This document shows, in pieces, positions 19,284-29,500 of a DNA stretch of 64,000 nt (position 1 is the first letter of the stretch; every line of letters starts with the position of its first letter). This stretch comes from a virus: positions 8,692 through 72,691 of the IMG/VR virus record IMGVR_UViG_3300022745_000026. One strand, given 5' to 3'. Both the position numbers and the translations under genes were made by a program. The notes under the pieces are model-generated. The model was not told where the DNA came from. It searched no databases and saw nothing but the letters and a program-made list of their open reading frames with translations.

Positions 19284-21341
19284 ATGCTTAACTACTTAAA
19301 ACTTACTAATTTCAAACGTCACGAGTCCTTGGAAATCAACTTCGGCGGCGGTCTTCAGCTTATCCGTGCGGCTTCCGAGGCAGGTAAGTCCTCTATGCTA
19401 CAGGCCATCGCCTACGCCCTATACGGGGCACGGGCCTTACCTATGTCCTTGGCCGCTACCGTCACCTACGGCAAGCCTGAGACCTCGCTTCGTGTTCTGC
19501 TTCGCTTCTCGTTTAATGGCTCTGAATTTGAAGTAGAGCGCCATAAGGGCGGTGCTGAGCTGCGCGGTGATGGCGTTACGGCCTCTGGCCAAGCTGAGGT
19601 CACCGCTTTCGTGGACCGCCTGTTCGGCTGCTCTGCTGCCGTTGCCACATCCCTGATGTTCGCCAACCAAGGGGCTCTGCGTGGCGCTCTGGAAGGTGGC
19701 CCCGGCGCGGCGGTGTCGCTGATTGAGAAGCTGGCCGACGTGGACGCACTTGACCGCCTGGTCGAGAAGGCCCAAGAGCAACTACCCTCCGGCAACACCA
19801 AGTTGCTTGAGGCTCGTATCACTGAGCTGGCTGAGGTGAAGCCACCCGTGGCTGACTTCGCAGAGCTGGAAGGGCTCTTGGCCGAGGCTAACAAGTTCTT
19901 GGCTGTGGCCACTGCCCAAGTTGAGGCGTGCAGCGCCTTGGCTGCTACAGACACATCAGCAGCGAGCAAGTTGCTGGCTGATGCAGCCAACGCTAAGGCA
20001 GGCTTGGTTAAGGCCTCGGAAATCTATAAAAACCTATCTACGGAGGCAGAAGTCGAGGTGCCCACCCTGCTGGACACCCAATACTACCGCGATAAGGCCA
20101 CCGCGCAGTCGGCGGCGGCGGCCCTGCGGGCACAGTACGCTGAGTTCACTCGCATCGACCAGTATGAGCACGTCGCCACAAGCGAGGCGGAGTTTGCCGA
20201 TGGCAGCCTCGCCGCCGTAGCCCGCCAGAAGGCAGTACAGGCGGAGATTCTGCAGGTCACCCGTGAACTTGCCCAAGCTGAGATGGCTATTATCCAAGGG
20301 AAGCTCTGCGACTTCTGCGGCAAAGACTTCTCCGAGGTGCCGGAAGTTATCGCCAAGAACACCGCATGCGCTGCGCTGGCCGAGTCTGCCCAAGTCCGCA
20401 TGACAGCGCTCAAGGCCGAGGCAGTCGTGCTGGCCGCCCAAGTGCAGGATGTGCGTGACACCTTGTCTGCAGCTAAGGCCTTGGATGCCCAAATGGCTCG
20501 TCTGCCAGTCGAGGCCTTCGGCGGTTACCCTCGTAAGTACAAGTGGGTCGGCGGCGATGTGCCAGAACTGGACACCGCCGACTACAACAAGTTGCTGCGT
20601 GAGGTGGAGGCCAAGAACTCTGCGAGACAGTACACCTTGGCCCGGGTGGAGGCCGCCCGCAAAGGCTTGGCTGCACTGGACTTGCCTGCGCTTCAGGCGG
20701 TGTCAGATAACCTACAGTCGCAAGTTGGTAGGGCGACTGAGCTTTTGGCAGACTCCGCCAAGTGGAAGGCTGAGTTGCGTACCGCTCAGAATGATGAGAA
20801 ACAGGCGCAGGCTGAGGCTGCGGGCATAGCCATGGCCCTGGCAGTGGCCAAGGGTCAGTTCGAGGCTGCACAGGATTCCTATGCGGCATCCCAAGCGGCG
20901 TTGGCCAAGGCTAAGGAAGACCTGGCCACCTACACACTGAATAACCGGGTCATCAAGAAGATTCGTGAGGCTCGCCCCTTGGTCGCCAAGCAGCTATGGG
21001 GCACCGTCTTGGGCACCGTATCGCACTACTTCAGCCAAGTACGTGGTACCCAGTCGGTAGTCACCCGCGAAGGTGGCGGCTTCCTTGTGGACGGAAAGCC
21101 TGTGGAAGGGCTGTCCGGCTCCACGCTGGACGCCCTAGGTCTGGCTATCCGTATCGCGCTGACCCGCACATTCTTGGCCAACGTGCCATGGCTTATACTT
21201 GACGAGCCTGCAGCAGCCTGTGATAACAACCGCGAAGCAGCCATGCTTGGGGTTGTAGCAAGTTGTGGTTTTCCACAGGTGCTGATGGTAAGCCACAGTG
21301 AGCTGGGTGAGGCTTTCGCCAGCAGCGTAGTAACTTTTTAG
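19284..21341 (+). CDS. SbcC/Rad50-like SMC ATPase
   Basis: Walker A-like SEAGKSS, coiled coil with CDFC zinc hook, LSGS signature, LILDEP, VSH. Confidence 0.9.
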   Translation: MLNYLKLTNFKRHESLEINFGGGLQLIRAASEAGKSSMLQAIAYALYGARALPMSLAATVTYGKPETSLRVLLRFSFNGSEFEVERHKGGAELRGDGVTASGQAEVTAFVDRLFGCSAAVATSLMFANQGALRGALEGGPGAAVSLIEKLADVDALDRLVEKAQEQLPSGNTKLLEARITELAEVKPPVADFAELEGLLAEANKFLAVATAQVEACSALAATDTSAASKLLADAANAKAGLVKASEIYKNLSTEAEVEVPTLLDTQYYRDKATAQSAAAALRAQYAEFTRIDQYEHVATSEAEFADGSLAAVARQKAVQAEILQVTRELAQAEMAIIQGKLCDFCGKDFSEVPEVIAKNTACAALAESAQVRMTALKAEAVVLAAQVQDVRDTLSAAKALDAQMARLPVEAFGGYPRKYKWVGGDVPELDTADYNKLLREVEAKNSARQYTLARVEAARKGLAALDLPALQAVSDNLQSQVGRATELLADSAKWKAELRTAQNDEKQAQAEAAGIAMALAVAKGQFEAAQDSYAASQAALAKAKEDLATYTLNNRVIKKIREARPLVAKQLWGTVLGTVSHYFSQVRGTQSVVTREGGGFLVDGKPVEGLSGSTLDALGLAIRIALTRTFLANVPWLILDEPAAACDNNREAAMLGVVASCGFPQVLMVSHSELGEAFASSVVTF

Positions 21342-21349
21342 GACACCTG

Positions 21350-21670
21350 ATGAAAAAATCAACCCTCACACCCTCAGAGAGCAAGGTATTTTTTGCCCTG
21401 CCAGGGACCCGCATGGACCTATTGGTCAAGACAGGCCTATCCGAGGGTACGATAGCCTCGGTCTTAGCCCGGCTCACTGCTGCAGAGGTGGTGAGGGTTT
21501 CAGGTAAGTCGGCTACAGGTATCGCAGGCCGACCCTCGGCCACCTATGAATTGGTGGCCACCCCTATCACTGTCTACTATGATGGGGTACGGGTCCCCTT
21601 TGCCGAGCCTACAAAAGTACGGGCCCCTACGGACCCGCTCTTCTTGGCTTTCTTTAACCCAGCTACTTGA
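21350..21670 (+). CDS. winged-helix DNA-binding protein
   Basis: TGLSEGTIASVLARL...GRPSATYEL; last gene of the + arm. Confidence 0.6.
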   Translation: MKKSTLTPSESKVFFALPGTRMDLLVKTGLSEGTIASVLARLTAAEVVRVSGKSATGIAGRPSATYELVATPITVYYDGVRVPFAEPTKVRAPTDPLFLAFFNPAT

Positions 21671-22169
21671 TAGTGGCTTGGGCTAGTAGTTCTTTAGTAC
21701 GATCACTGCCTGCGTTCTTTCCGAACCAATAGGCACAGGCGCTAGTCCAAGCCGTACCAAGTGCTCCTAACATAATCATTAGTGGCGCGGATTCTTTAGT
21801 TTCAGGGTAAAACAGCATAACAGTTAAAACCCCGAAGAATCCCATAGTTATCAGATATGTAAGCACTGCAGGAGTTGCAGACCTTGAAGACATCTGCATA
21901 TCCCGCGCAGATTTTCTATCATCTACTGAAATCTGCTCTAACTTGATCTCATGGTCAGCCATAAACTTTTTGAAGTCTACTTCTGCCAACTTGATTTGGG
22001 AAATCTGCTCTGGAGACATCTTCCCACTATTTAGAACTTCTGTAACAGACTCTAGAGTTTTGGCCTCAATACCCAGCTTATCTGCAATGAACGATGCAGC
22101 GGCACCCCCGAGGGGCCCACCGAGAGCTGTGCCCAACATTGGAGCTAGTGCTTTAATCCAGTCGTTCAT
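21663..22169 (-). CDS. 3TM holin-like membrane protein
   Basis: APMLGTALGGPLGG, DRKSAR, two C-terminal TM helices, YWFG; adjacent to endolysin. Confidence 0.7.
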   Translation of the reverse strand: MNDWIKALAPMLGTALGGPLGGAAASFIADKLGIEAKTLESVTEVLNSGKMSPEQISQIKLAEVDFKKFMADHEIKLEQISVDDRKSARDMQMSSRSATPAVLTYLITMGFFGVLTVMLFYPETKESAPLMIMLGALGTAWTSACAYWFGKNAGSDRTKELLAQATIK

Positions 22170-22606
22170 GCGAAGGCCCTTGTTCCGTCTTGGTCTATGA
22201 TTAGGGCTTGAAGTTTTGGTTTATCACTAAAACTCACATGAACCCATCCACCACCATCCTTATCAAACTCCCTAATAAGTTGGTCATACTTTATAGGACT
22301 GTCAATGATAGCCCGAACGATGCGGTCTACGGAGCCATAGGTTGAACAAGTAAAATCTACAGCTTCTGCCTTCAGGTGCTGACTTGTACTTCTAGAACCT
22401 AAAAGTCCATTGAGAGCAGGACAGCGATAACCAGAGCTAATCCTAATTGGATTAGACCGAAGAAGAACTCGAATTTCCTCAAGTCCGAGACAGGCTCTTT
22501 TTGCTGCTTCATACAGTTCACTCGGTAAGGTGTTGTCGATTCCATGGCGAGCTGCTGTCTGGGATGCACAGAACTCTTCAAGGGTGAAGTGGGGTGATAG
22601 GTTCAT
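22166..22606 (-). CDS. peptidase M15 endolysin
   Basis: LSPHFTLEEF, SGYRC, SQH...AVD, WVHVS. Confidence 0.9.
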   Translation of the reverse strand: MNLSPHFTLEEFCASQTAARHGIDNTLPSELYEAAKRACLGLEEIRVLLRSNPIRISSGYRCPALNGLLGSRSTSQHLKAEAVDFTCSTYGSVDRIVRAIIDSPIKYDQLIREFDKDGGGWVHVSFSDKPKLQALIIDQDGTRAFA

Positions 22607-23004
22607 TTGCGCTCCAGCAGGTTGATTCGGGCATCCATGCGGGCATCGGCGATGCTGAGCTTGGTTAAGTCAGAGTGGATAGCTTGCAGATCGGAGAATA
22701 CGTACCCAGAAATCCCAAGAATCATGACTTGGGCAGTCCCAAGAACCCAAGCTAGGACCCGCCAAGCACCGCGACCTTGATTCAGCATCTGGGCATCTGC
22801 CTCAGCTTTGGCCTCGAACGCAGACAGGTGGTTATCCAACTTGTCGGCTACTTCTCTTGTAGCCTCTGTATTGGCCACCATGGAGGCATTTATGCTGTTC
22901 AAGATGATTAAGAAGGCCCGCTGCTTAGGGTCGTTCTCACCAGAAATCAGGGCTTCTATATCGCCCACCCGGTTGTCTGTACTGCGACGGCTGTGGACTG
23001 TCAT
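22603..23004 (-). CDS. single-TM membrane protein in lysis cassette
   Basis: One hydrophobic segment flanked by coiled coil; overlaps neighbours. Confidence 0.6.
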   Translation of the reverse strand: MTVHSRRSTDNRVGDIEALISGENDPKQRAFLIILNSINASMVANTEATREVADKLDNHLSAFEAKAEADAQMLNQGRGAWRVLAWVLGTAQVMILGISGYVFSDLQAIHSDLTKLSIADARMDARINLLERK

Positions 23005-23228
23005 TTTTCTGATACCGGCTGAGTTGTGATGATACGCAGCAGAGTGATAGCCACGCTGATAGCAATGCCTACGAACATCTGCTGAACCTGGTTCAGCGGC
23101 AGTAGGCCAACGTAGCCCTGCAAGATTGAAAGCACTGCCAGTGCCAAGGCGAACTGTACAGTCCGGGATTTGAGTAGTTGGAACATCGCAAGGACCTTGT
23201 GATTTGGGTTATACGAAGCATAAAGCAA
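23001..23228 (-). CDS. small 2-TM holin-like protein
   Basis: LLKSRTV...two TM helices...LRIITTQPV; true start may be the MFQLLKS ATG. Confidence 0.6.
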   Translation of the reverse strand: MLYASYNPNHKVLAMFQLLKSRTVQFALALAVLSILQGYVGLLPLNQVQQMFVGIAISVAITLLRIITTQPVSEK

Positions 23229-23278
23229 AACCTGCAGAACCCTTATGAGGTGCTGCAGGTTCCGATGAGATTGGCAGT

Positions 23279-23491
23279 TTAGCGAAGCTCAGGCGGACAT
23301 TGGTTGCGTGTGCGCTCACTGATGAAGCTCTCATAGCAGTGGTTTTTATCAAACCAGAGCAGGGTGTCGATAACCTTGGCCAGCCTTGGGCTAGTCCGGT
23401 AAGCTCGACTGCTGACGGTCTCGTCAGCCCAGCCACCGGCCAAGGTATTTACCAGCTGGTCTACTGCGATTGCAAATTGCTTGAAGCTCAT
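23279..23491 (-). CDS. conserved small phage protein
   Basis: AVDQLVN...DETVSSRAY...HC pattern. Confidence 0.6.
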   Translation of the reverse strand: MSFKQFAIAVDQLVNTLAGGWADETVSSRAYRTSPRLAKVIDTLLWFDKNHCYESFISERTRNQCPPELR

Positions 23492-23874
23492 GGCTGGGGT
23501 TCCTCATGTGCGGGAGTTGGCTCTGGTTCTGGAGTTGGCTCTACATAGGGGTGGCGCAAGTCCCAGACTATCTGAGCCTCGGCACTCAGGGTTTTATCCG
23601 CTGGGTCAGCCTCAAAGTCCAGCACCTCAAGCAACAAGGCCATGTCAGACCTTGCCTGAGTATTAGCCAAGGCTTGAGCTTCCGTGATTGCCTGCACCAT
23701 ACCAATCTCCTGCATCTCTTCTGCTGTAGCCGTTCGCATCCCTGCGATGTGCCCCAGCATGATAGTCTGCAGCTCCGTCTGCCTCTGCGGTGAGACATGA
23801 GAAGCTATTACGGTACGTCCGTGAGACAGAATATCTGCTTCACTCCATATGTCGTTTTTTAGAAAGTCAATCAT
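23488..23874 (-). CDS. hypothetical protein, possibly fibre-associated
   Basis: Directly downstream of fibre genes, translationally coupled. Confidence 0.55.
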   Translation of the reverse strand: MIDFLKNDIWSEADILSHGRTVIASHVSPQRQTELQTIMLGHIAGMRTATAEEMQEIGMVQAITEAQALANTQARSDMALLLEVLDFEADPADKTLSAEAQIVWDLRHPYVEPTPEPEPTPAHEEPQP

Positions 23875-23876
23875 GA

Positions 23877-26558
23877 TTAAACCCTAACACACATCAAAGA
23901 AATCCAATCAGACACAGAGGCACCGACTGACAAGGTAGCTGTCTCTTGAAACCCGTCACTAGACCGGCCCCAAAAAGTTCCAGTAGTAGCCTCACGCATC
24001 AATGTACCATTCTTGTAGAGCGCCTTGATGGTGAAGCCCTTGGGTGCTACGAACGCTGTCTGCGATGCAGTGGCGGTGTAGTCAAAGAACGCAGGCACAC
24101 GACCCAGCGCCTTACGTGCAATATCCTTACGGCGCAGTTCGTCACGTAGGTACATCGCTGGGGCATACACCTTGCCGCTAGATGCACCGCCTGTGAGCAC
24201 CACACCCTCATTTGCCGAGAGACTTGTGATTGCGCCAGTGGATGTAGCTTCTGAGTCGATGCGTAGCAGATCACGGAAAGAGGTGCGACCCCATGAGGTG
24301 CCCACTTGCAGCGTGTCAGCCACATCGTCGTAAGCAAGTGCAGTGACTGCTGTGGATGTACCAGCGATGGTGCATTGAGCGTTGGCTTGGAACAGCGGTA
24401 GTTCGGTCCGATAGATGTGAGCGATTTGGTCTGCGCTGGGGGCTGTTGCGGAGATGCGCCAGAGGGCCATAGAACTGCTACCGATGCCGCCGCCACCGTC
24501 CACCGCATTGCACCCAATTCGCAATTTTCCAAGTGCGTTTGTGAGCGTTGTTGCAGCAGCAGCATTCGTAATAGCCGCTTGTATTCCGTTGATATAGAGA
24601 ATCAAATTCGTGCCACTTTTAACGGCCGCCACGAATGAAGATACCCCAATCGGTAGTGCTGAAGTTCCAGTAGCGGAGAAATTGCCACCAGAGGTAACCA
24701 AGGTAATGTCAGGCAACCCCGTTGTTGCGGCTACCGATAGTCGCCAGCGAGGGGTGGATGATGTTGCGTCGGCGCGGTCCACCAATACCTGAAGTGGTGT
24801 GATGGTCGCAAGGTTGACCCAACCCATCACACAGAAGTCACCCGTACCAAAGTCCAGATTGGCACTGTAAGGCTGCTCAAGGTAGTTCGATGCACTGAAC
24901 CCAGAGTAGGCTACCAAGCCAGCACCCGAGGCCACTGCAGCCTTGGTGAGCGTACCGTTGAGGACGAGTCCGGTGTTCTTGACAGAGCGGTCTGCGTCGG
25001 CGAGTTTTACGCTGATGTTGTCAAACCCTAAAACTCCACCACTGATATTTGCATCATCCCCGGCACTCACATACATAGAAGTCGCTGTTGCAACAAAATC
25101 TAGTGAAAAACCTAGAGCACTGGCAGAAAATGTGCTAATAGCTGTAGTCGCAGAGGTACCGGCAGAGTTAGAACCAATACCAACAAATGCCCTGCTTGTT
25201 CCGCTTACAACCCTTGCGGAACCTTGCAGCCTATATGTTTTTCCAATAACACAGGCCACTGTTGACATCTGACGACCGTAGCCAGCAGATACTGTAACTT
25301 GCATCTCTCCAGCGACAGCGGCGGACGTAGAGGCGTAACTAGCAGACGTGGTCCACCCACTCGTATCCGTAGTGAACGTCCCATTAGTCACCAACTCACC
25401 ACTGGCCGTAATAGTCTCGGCTACCGTGTCGGCAAGGTAGGCACCGCGAATATCACCGGGGAGCCAGCCGCTGTTGTAGGCGTTGGTGATGTAGGCAAGC
25501 AGACTGTTAGCAGATACTGCTGGGTTATGTCTCACCGTAGACATACCAGCAGTTGACCCCATTACGGGGTTTTTAGGCCCGACCAACGCAGTGTTGCTTG
25601 ACCCACCCAGAGGCCATGCGGTAAAGGGTGTGGTAACTGATGTGAGCGCGAAGCTGGCAGAAATACCAAGTAGTGGAACAAACGTCAAGTAGTTGTTTCC
25701 GTTACCTTTCAACCATAGAGTAGTCCCAGCTATAGAGACATAACTTGCAGCGCTGGTGTTGGCGCTATTCACAACCGTCCCATCGTCCTTAATCACACTC
25801 ACACCACCAGCAGTAGCCACAGCAATAGTCGGCACTGGCAAACCCGTTGCGGGGTCTATTGGGGCGGTGTCTAGGACAGTGACGGCTAAGTCGTTGACTA
25901 CCGGATTCACAATAGCAGGAATAGTCCCACTGGTTATAGGCCCTGTAGCTGCATTTCTATTGACGATACGGTTTGCGTTGTACAGGTTCCCATTGGCATT
26001 CCTGAACCGAGTGTAGTCAGACACAAAGTCAGCTTGTGCCAAGTGTAACACTGAACCTACCACAACCTGACCATTTGAGGCTGAAAGTGACGTTAGACTG
26101 CCGTTATATAGTGTTCCACCACTGGAAGCTGTGAACACCATCCACATCGGCACACCGGGCTGAGTCAAGTCATAAATCACCACCCGTGCAGACTCAGCAA
26201 TGATAGCTACTTGTGCAGGAAATTCCCGCACATTCCCACGATAGACCTGGGTTACTGCAGGGCTGGCGGACCCAAGCTGGTAAAACAAGCCGTCGGTACT
26301 GTTCTGGAAGTAGCTCCCAACCCCTGCCCCTGGTGTGGCCCAAGCTGCCGTAGCCGTAGCTACTTGGCCGAGCCAGTTGGTACCGCCCAAGGTCTCGGTG
26401 TACCAAGACCTGTCAGCGCATCGCTTGCGCCAAGCGCCACCGTCAGAGTCCTTGCTGGTGTCATATATGATGGACTTTACCACCGTACCCTTATGTATAT
26501 TTGGGCTGAAGGCCCCAAGGTTGAGGCTTCCTACTTCCAACGTGTTGTAGTCAATCAT
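23877..26558 (-). CDS. tail fibre / receptor-binding protein with LamG-like and carbohydrate-binding-like modules
   Basis: Thr/Ala/Ser-rich; ELVTNGTF..DNISVK module; FGTGDFCVMGWV...LYING LamG-like domain. Confidence 0.75.
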   Translation of the reverse strand: MIDYNTLEVGSLNLGAFSPNIHKGTVVKSIIYDTSKDSDGGAWRKRCADRSWYTETLGGTNWLGQVATATAAWATPGAGVGSYFQNSTDGLFYQLGSASPAVTQVYRGNVREFPAQVAIIAESARVVIYDLTQPGVPMWMVFTASSGGTLYNGSLTSLSASNGQVVVGSVLHLAQADFVSDYTRFRNANGNLYNANRIVNRNAATGPITSGTIPAIVNPVVNDLAVTVLDTAPIDPATGLPVPTIAVATAGGVSVIKDDGTVVNSANTSAASYVSIAGTTLWLKGNGNNYLTFVPLLGISASFALTSVTTPFTAWPLGGSSNTALVGPKNPVMGSTAGMSTVRHNPAVSANSLLAYITNAYNSGWLPGDIRGAYLADTVAETITASGELVTNGTFTTDTSGWTTSASYASTSAAVAGEMQVTVSAGYGRQMSTVACVIGKTYRLQGSARVVSGTSRAFVGIGSNSAGTSATTAISTFSASALGFSLDFVATATSMYVSAGDDANISGGVLGFDNISVKLADADRSVKNTGLVLNGTLTKAAVASGAGLVAYSGFSASNYLEQPYSANLDFGTGDFCVMGWVNLATITPLQVLVDRADATSSTPRWRLSVAATTGLPDITLVTSGGNFSATGTSALPIGVSSFVAAVKSGTNLILYINGIQAAITNAAAATTLTNALGKLRIGCNAVDGGGGIGSSSMALWRISATAPSADQIAHIYRTELPLFQANAQCTIAGTSTAVTALAYDDVADTLQVGTSWGRTSFRDLLRIDSEATSTGAITSLSANEGVVLTGGASSGKVYAPAMYLRDELRRKDIARKALGRVPAFFDYTATASQTAFVAPKGFTIKALYKNGTLMREATTGTFWGRSSDGFQETATLSVGASVSDWISLMCVRV

Positions 26559-26561
26559 GAA

Positions 26562-29500
26562 TTAGCTCCGGGTTGTCTGTACACTGACTTGTATGCCAGC
26601 GCTGATTCCAGACGTAAAGGTGATGATGTTTTGGAACCCGTCGCTGCTGACGGAATAATCTGCAGGCGATTTTCGCACAATGCCGTTGACGTAGACAGCT
26701 CTTACATCACCATTTTTTGCAAGAGTGAATACCGTCTGGCCTGCAGTAGCGTAGAACTCCTGCCAGATCAGCTGCTTGGCCAAGGCTTTGGAGGCTGTGC
26801 CCTTGCGGCGAATCTCATCCCGCAGGTACATTGAGGGTGCGCTGACGTACCCGCTGGTGGTGCTTCCAGTCAGCACTACGCCATCGACAGACGACAGGGA
26901 CGATAGGGTAGAGGATGTAGTAGCCTCTGACTCCACACGTAGCAAGTCCCGGAAGCCTGAGCGACCCCAAGACGTGCCTACGTGTGCCGTATCGGTGCCT
27001 TCGTCGTAAGACAGGGCTGTAACGGATGTCGAGGTGCCTGCGATAGTGCATTGAGCACCTGCTTGGAACAACGGCAGTTCAGTTCGGTAGATGTGGGCAA
27101 TTTGATCTGCGCTGGGGGCAGTGGCGGAGATGCGCCAGAGTGCGAGGGACGCGAGTGCGGGATTTCCTGCCGCATGATCTACGCCGAGCCTGAATAGTGC
27201 CGTGGCGTTATTCATGGTAAGCGTTGCAGCGGTAGCCGTGGCAACTTGCACAGCATTAACGTACAAATAGACCGATGCTCCCGACTTCATACAGGCAATG
27301 AATGCAGGGCTTCCAACAGTTACAGCCCCGCCGGAGATTGGTACAGAGGTAGTTCCGTCCGTTGTGGTGAAATTCACAACACCTGTACTAGCTGCAATGT
27401 AAGCATAGATTCTTGAACCTGATGGGGTTGTGTTTTGTCGCCCAAACAAGTAGCCAAGTGAGGATAGTGAGCTCGGCGTAACCCACCCCATCACACAAAA
27501 GTCACCCGTACCGAAGTCCAAGTTAGCCGAGTAAGGCTGCTCCAAGTAGTTCGATGCACTGAACCCAGAGTAAGCCGCCAGATTTGCGCCCGAAGCCACA
27601 GCAGTCTTGGTCAAGGTTCCATTTAGTACCAAGCCGTTGTTCTTCACAGACCTGTCAGGTTCGGCGAGCTTTACGGAGATGTTGTCGAAAGCGGTGGTCT
27701 GCGTTGCAGTGCCGCCGTTAAGTAATCCCAAGTAGTGAGTTGTTTGTGTTGCTATAAAGCTGGCAGTGAGTCGCCCAGAAGCTGAAGTCTGGCTATTGAC
27801 AACCTCACCTGCATTGGCAGTAGAGTTTGACACCCGCAGAGTAGCATTGGCAGCTGTCCCCGGCGTGATAGTTATACCTACAAAGTAACTACGCCCGACC
27901 ACACAGGAGATTGCTTGATACGCTGCACCAAAGGTCTGCGATGCTGCGATAGTGAGAAGGCCTGCACCGCCAGACTGCACAAAAGTCGCGCCATTAAGAA
28001 CAGTCCATCCACTCGTGTCCGTAGTAAAGGTTCCGTTGTTAATCATCTCACTGGTGACTTTACAAGAGATATTGTCAAAGTCGTTGTATTGACCTGTGGA
28101 ACCGCCATCATTACTGAGGGTTATACCAAGGTTTGCTGCTGTTGCGGTGAAGCTCAGGGTGTTAACGCCGGCGGCCAGCCCGCTATATGCGTAGTCTGCA
28201 CCGTTGACTCCGCCAGGGCCCAAGCTGATTGATGCAGCAAAGGATGTACCTGTAGCAAAGGTCAAGCTGACAGTATAAGTACGGCCCACCAGCAATCCGG
28301 TAATCAGCTGGAACGCTGTACCAGAAGACCCTCCTGCAGCGATGGTTACCCGCATGGCACCGGATACAACACTCAGGGTAGAGTTTCCAGAGGTCCACCC
28401 GCTTGTGTCTGTAGCGAATGTACCGTTAGTCACCAACTCAGTGCCTGAGCCGTCGGTGATGGTCTCGGCAGTGGTAGAAGCCAAGGCGGCCAAGCGGGAG
28501 TCTCCAACTTGCCAGCCAGTGTTATACGCATTGGTGACCCGCGCCCTCATCGACTTGCTTGGGAAGGCTTTGTTCAGCTTATTGAGCGTGAAGGCACTGT
28601 CTATACGATGGAATATATAAGGGGCTGCAGGGATGATCTGAGACTGGTCCTCAGCGCCGCCAGAGAATAGATACCCCATACCAGAAGTAGGGGCCCAGCT
28701 TGCGGCGATAGAGCTTAACTCTTGGAAACGGAAAGTATCTGTAGTGGCGTAGCGATTTCCCATGAACAGTGTAGAACCTACAAACCCGACTGAATCCACA
28801 CGCTCTGTATTCAGACTGTTAAGCACAGTTCCATCTTGCTTGATTACGGATACACCCCCAGCCGTGGCTACGGCAATAGTTGGCGTTGGCAGCCCTGTAT
28901 AGGGGTCTGTTGGTGCATTTTCTAGGGTCGTAAGTGACACGTCATTGTTAGTACCTGCAGGCAGGTAAGTGGTGTACAGAACTTGACCCATAACCAAGGT
29001 ACCGTTACGGTTGGCTATGTTAGTGATGTAGTAGTTGGAGGCTGTAGCGTGGGTGCGGCTTCCACGGTCTGCAGTGAAATATACTAAAACAGTTCTATCA
29101 TTCTGAGCCACGGCCAAGGTGCCATTGGCGGCTGATAGTGAGTTGTTACTGGCAGCGAAGTAGCCGCCAATTCCATTGGTGAACACCATCCACATGGGGC
29201 AGCTTGCCTGAGTCAGGTCATAGATTACAACCCGTGCGGTCTCAGCTACGACGGCTACAAGTGCGGGAAATTCCCGCGTGATGCCTCGGAATACCTCAGT
29301 CGCTGAACTTACAGCGCTACCTGTCACAGCCTTATACGCAGTAGCCACCGTACCAAGTTCCAGCTGGGCACCCCAGATATAGTGGCCTTGCCCCGTCAGG
29401 AATGTTCCAAGCAGAACAATGTCATGGGTGTTAGCCGCACTTGAAGTGGCGGTATAGGTCATGGAGCAGCGGAACCAGCCGCCGCCCAAAGCCAGGATTG

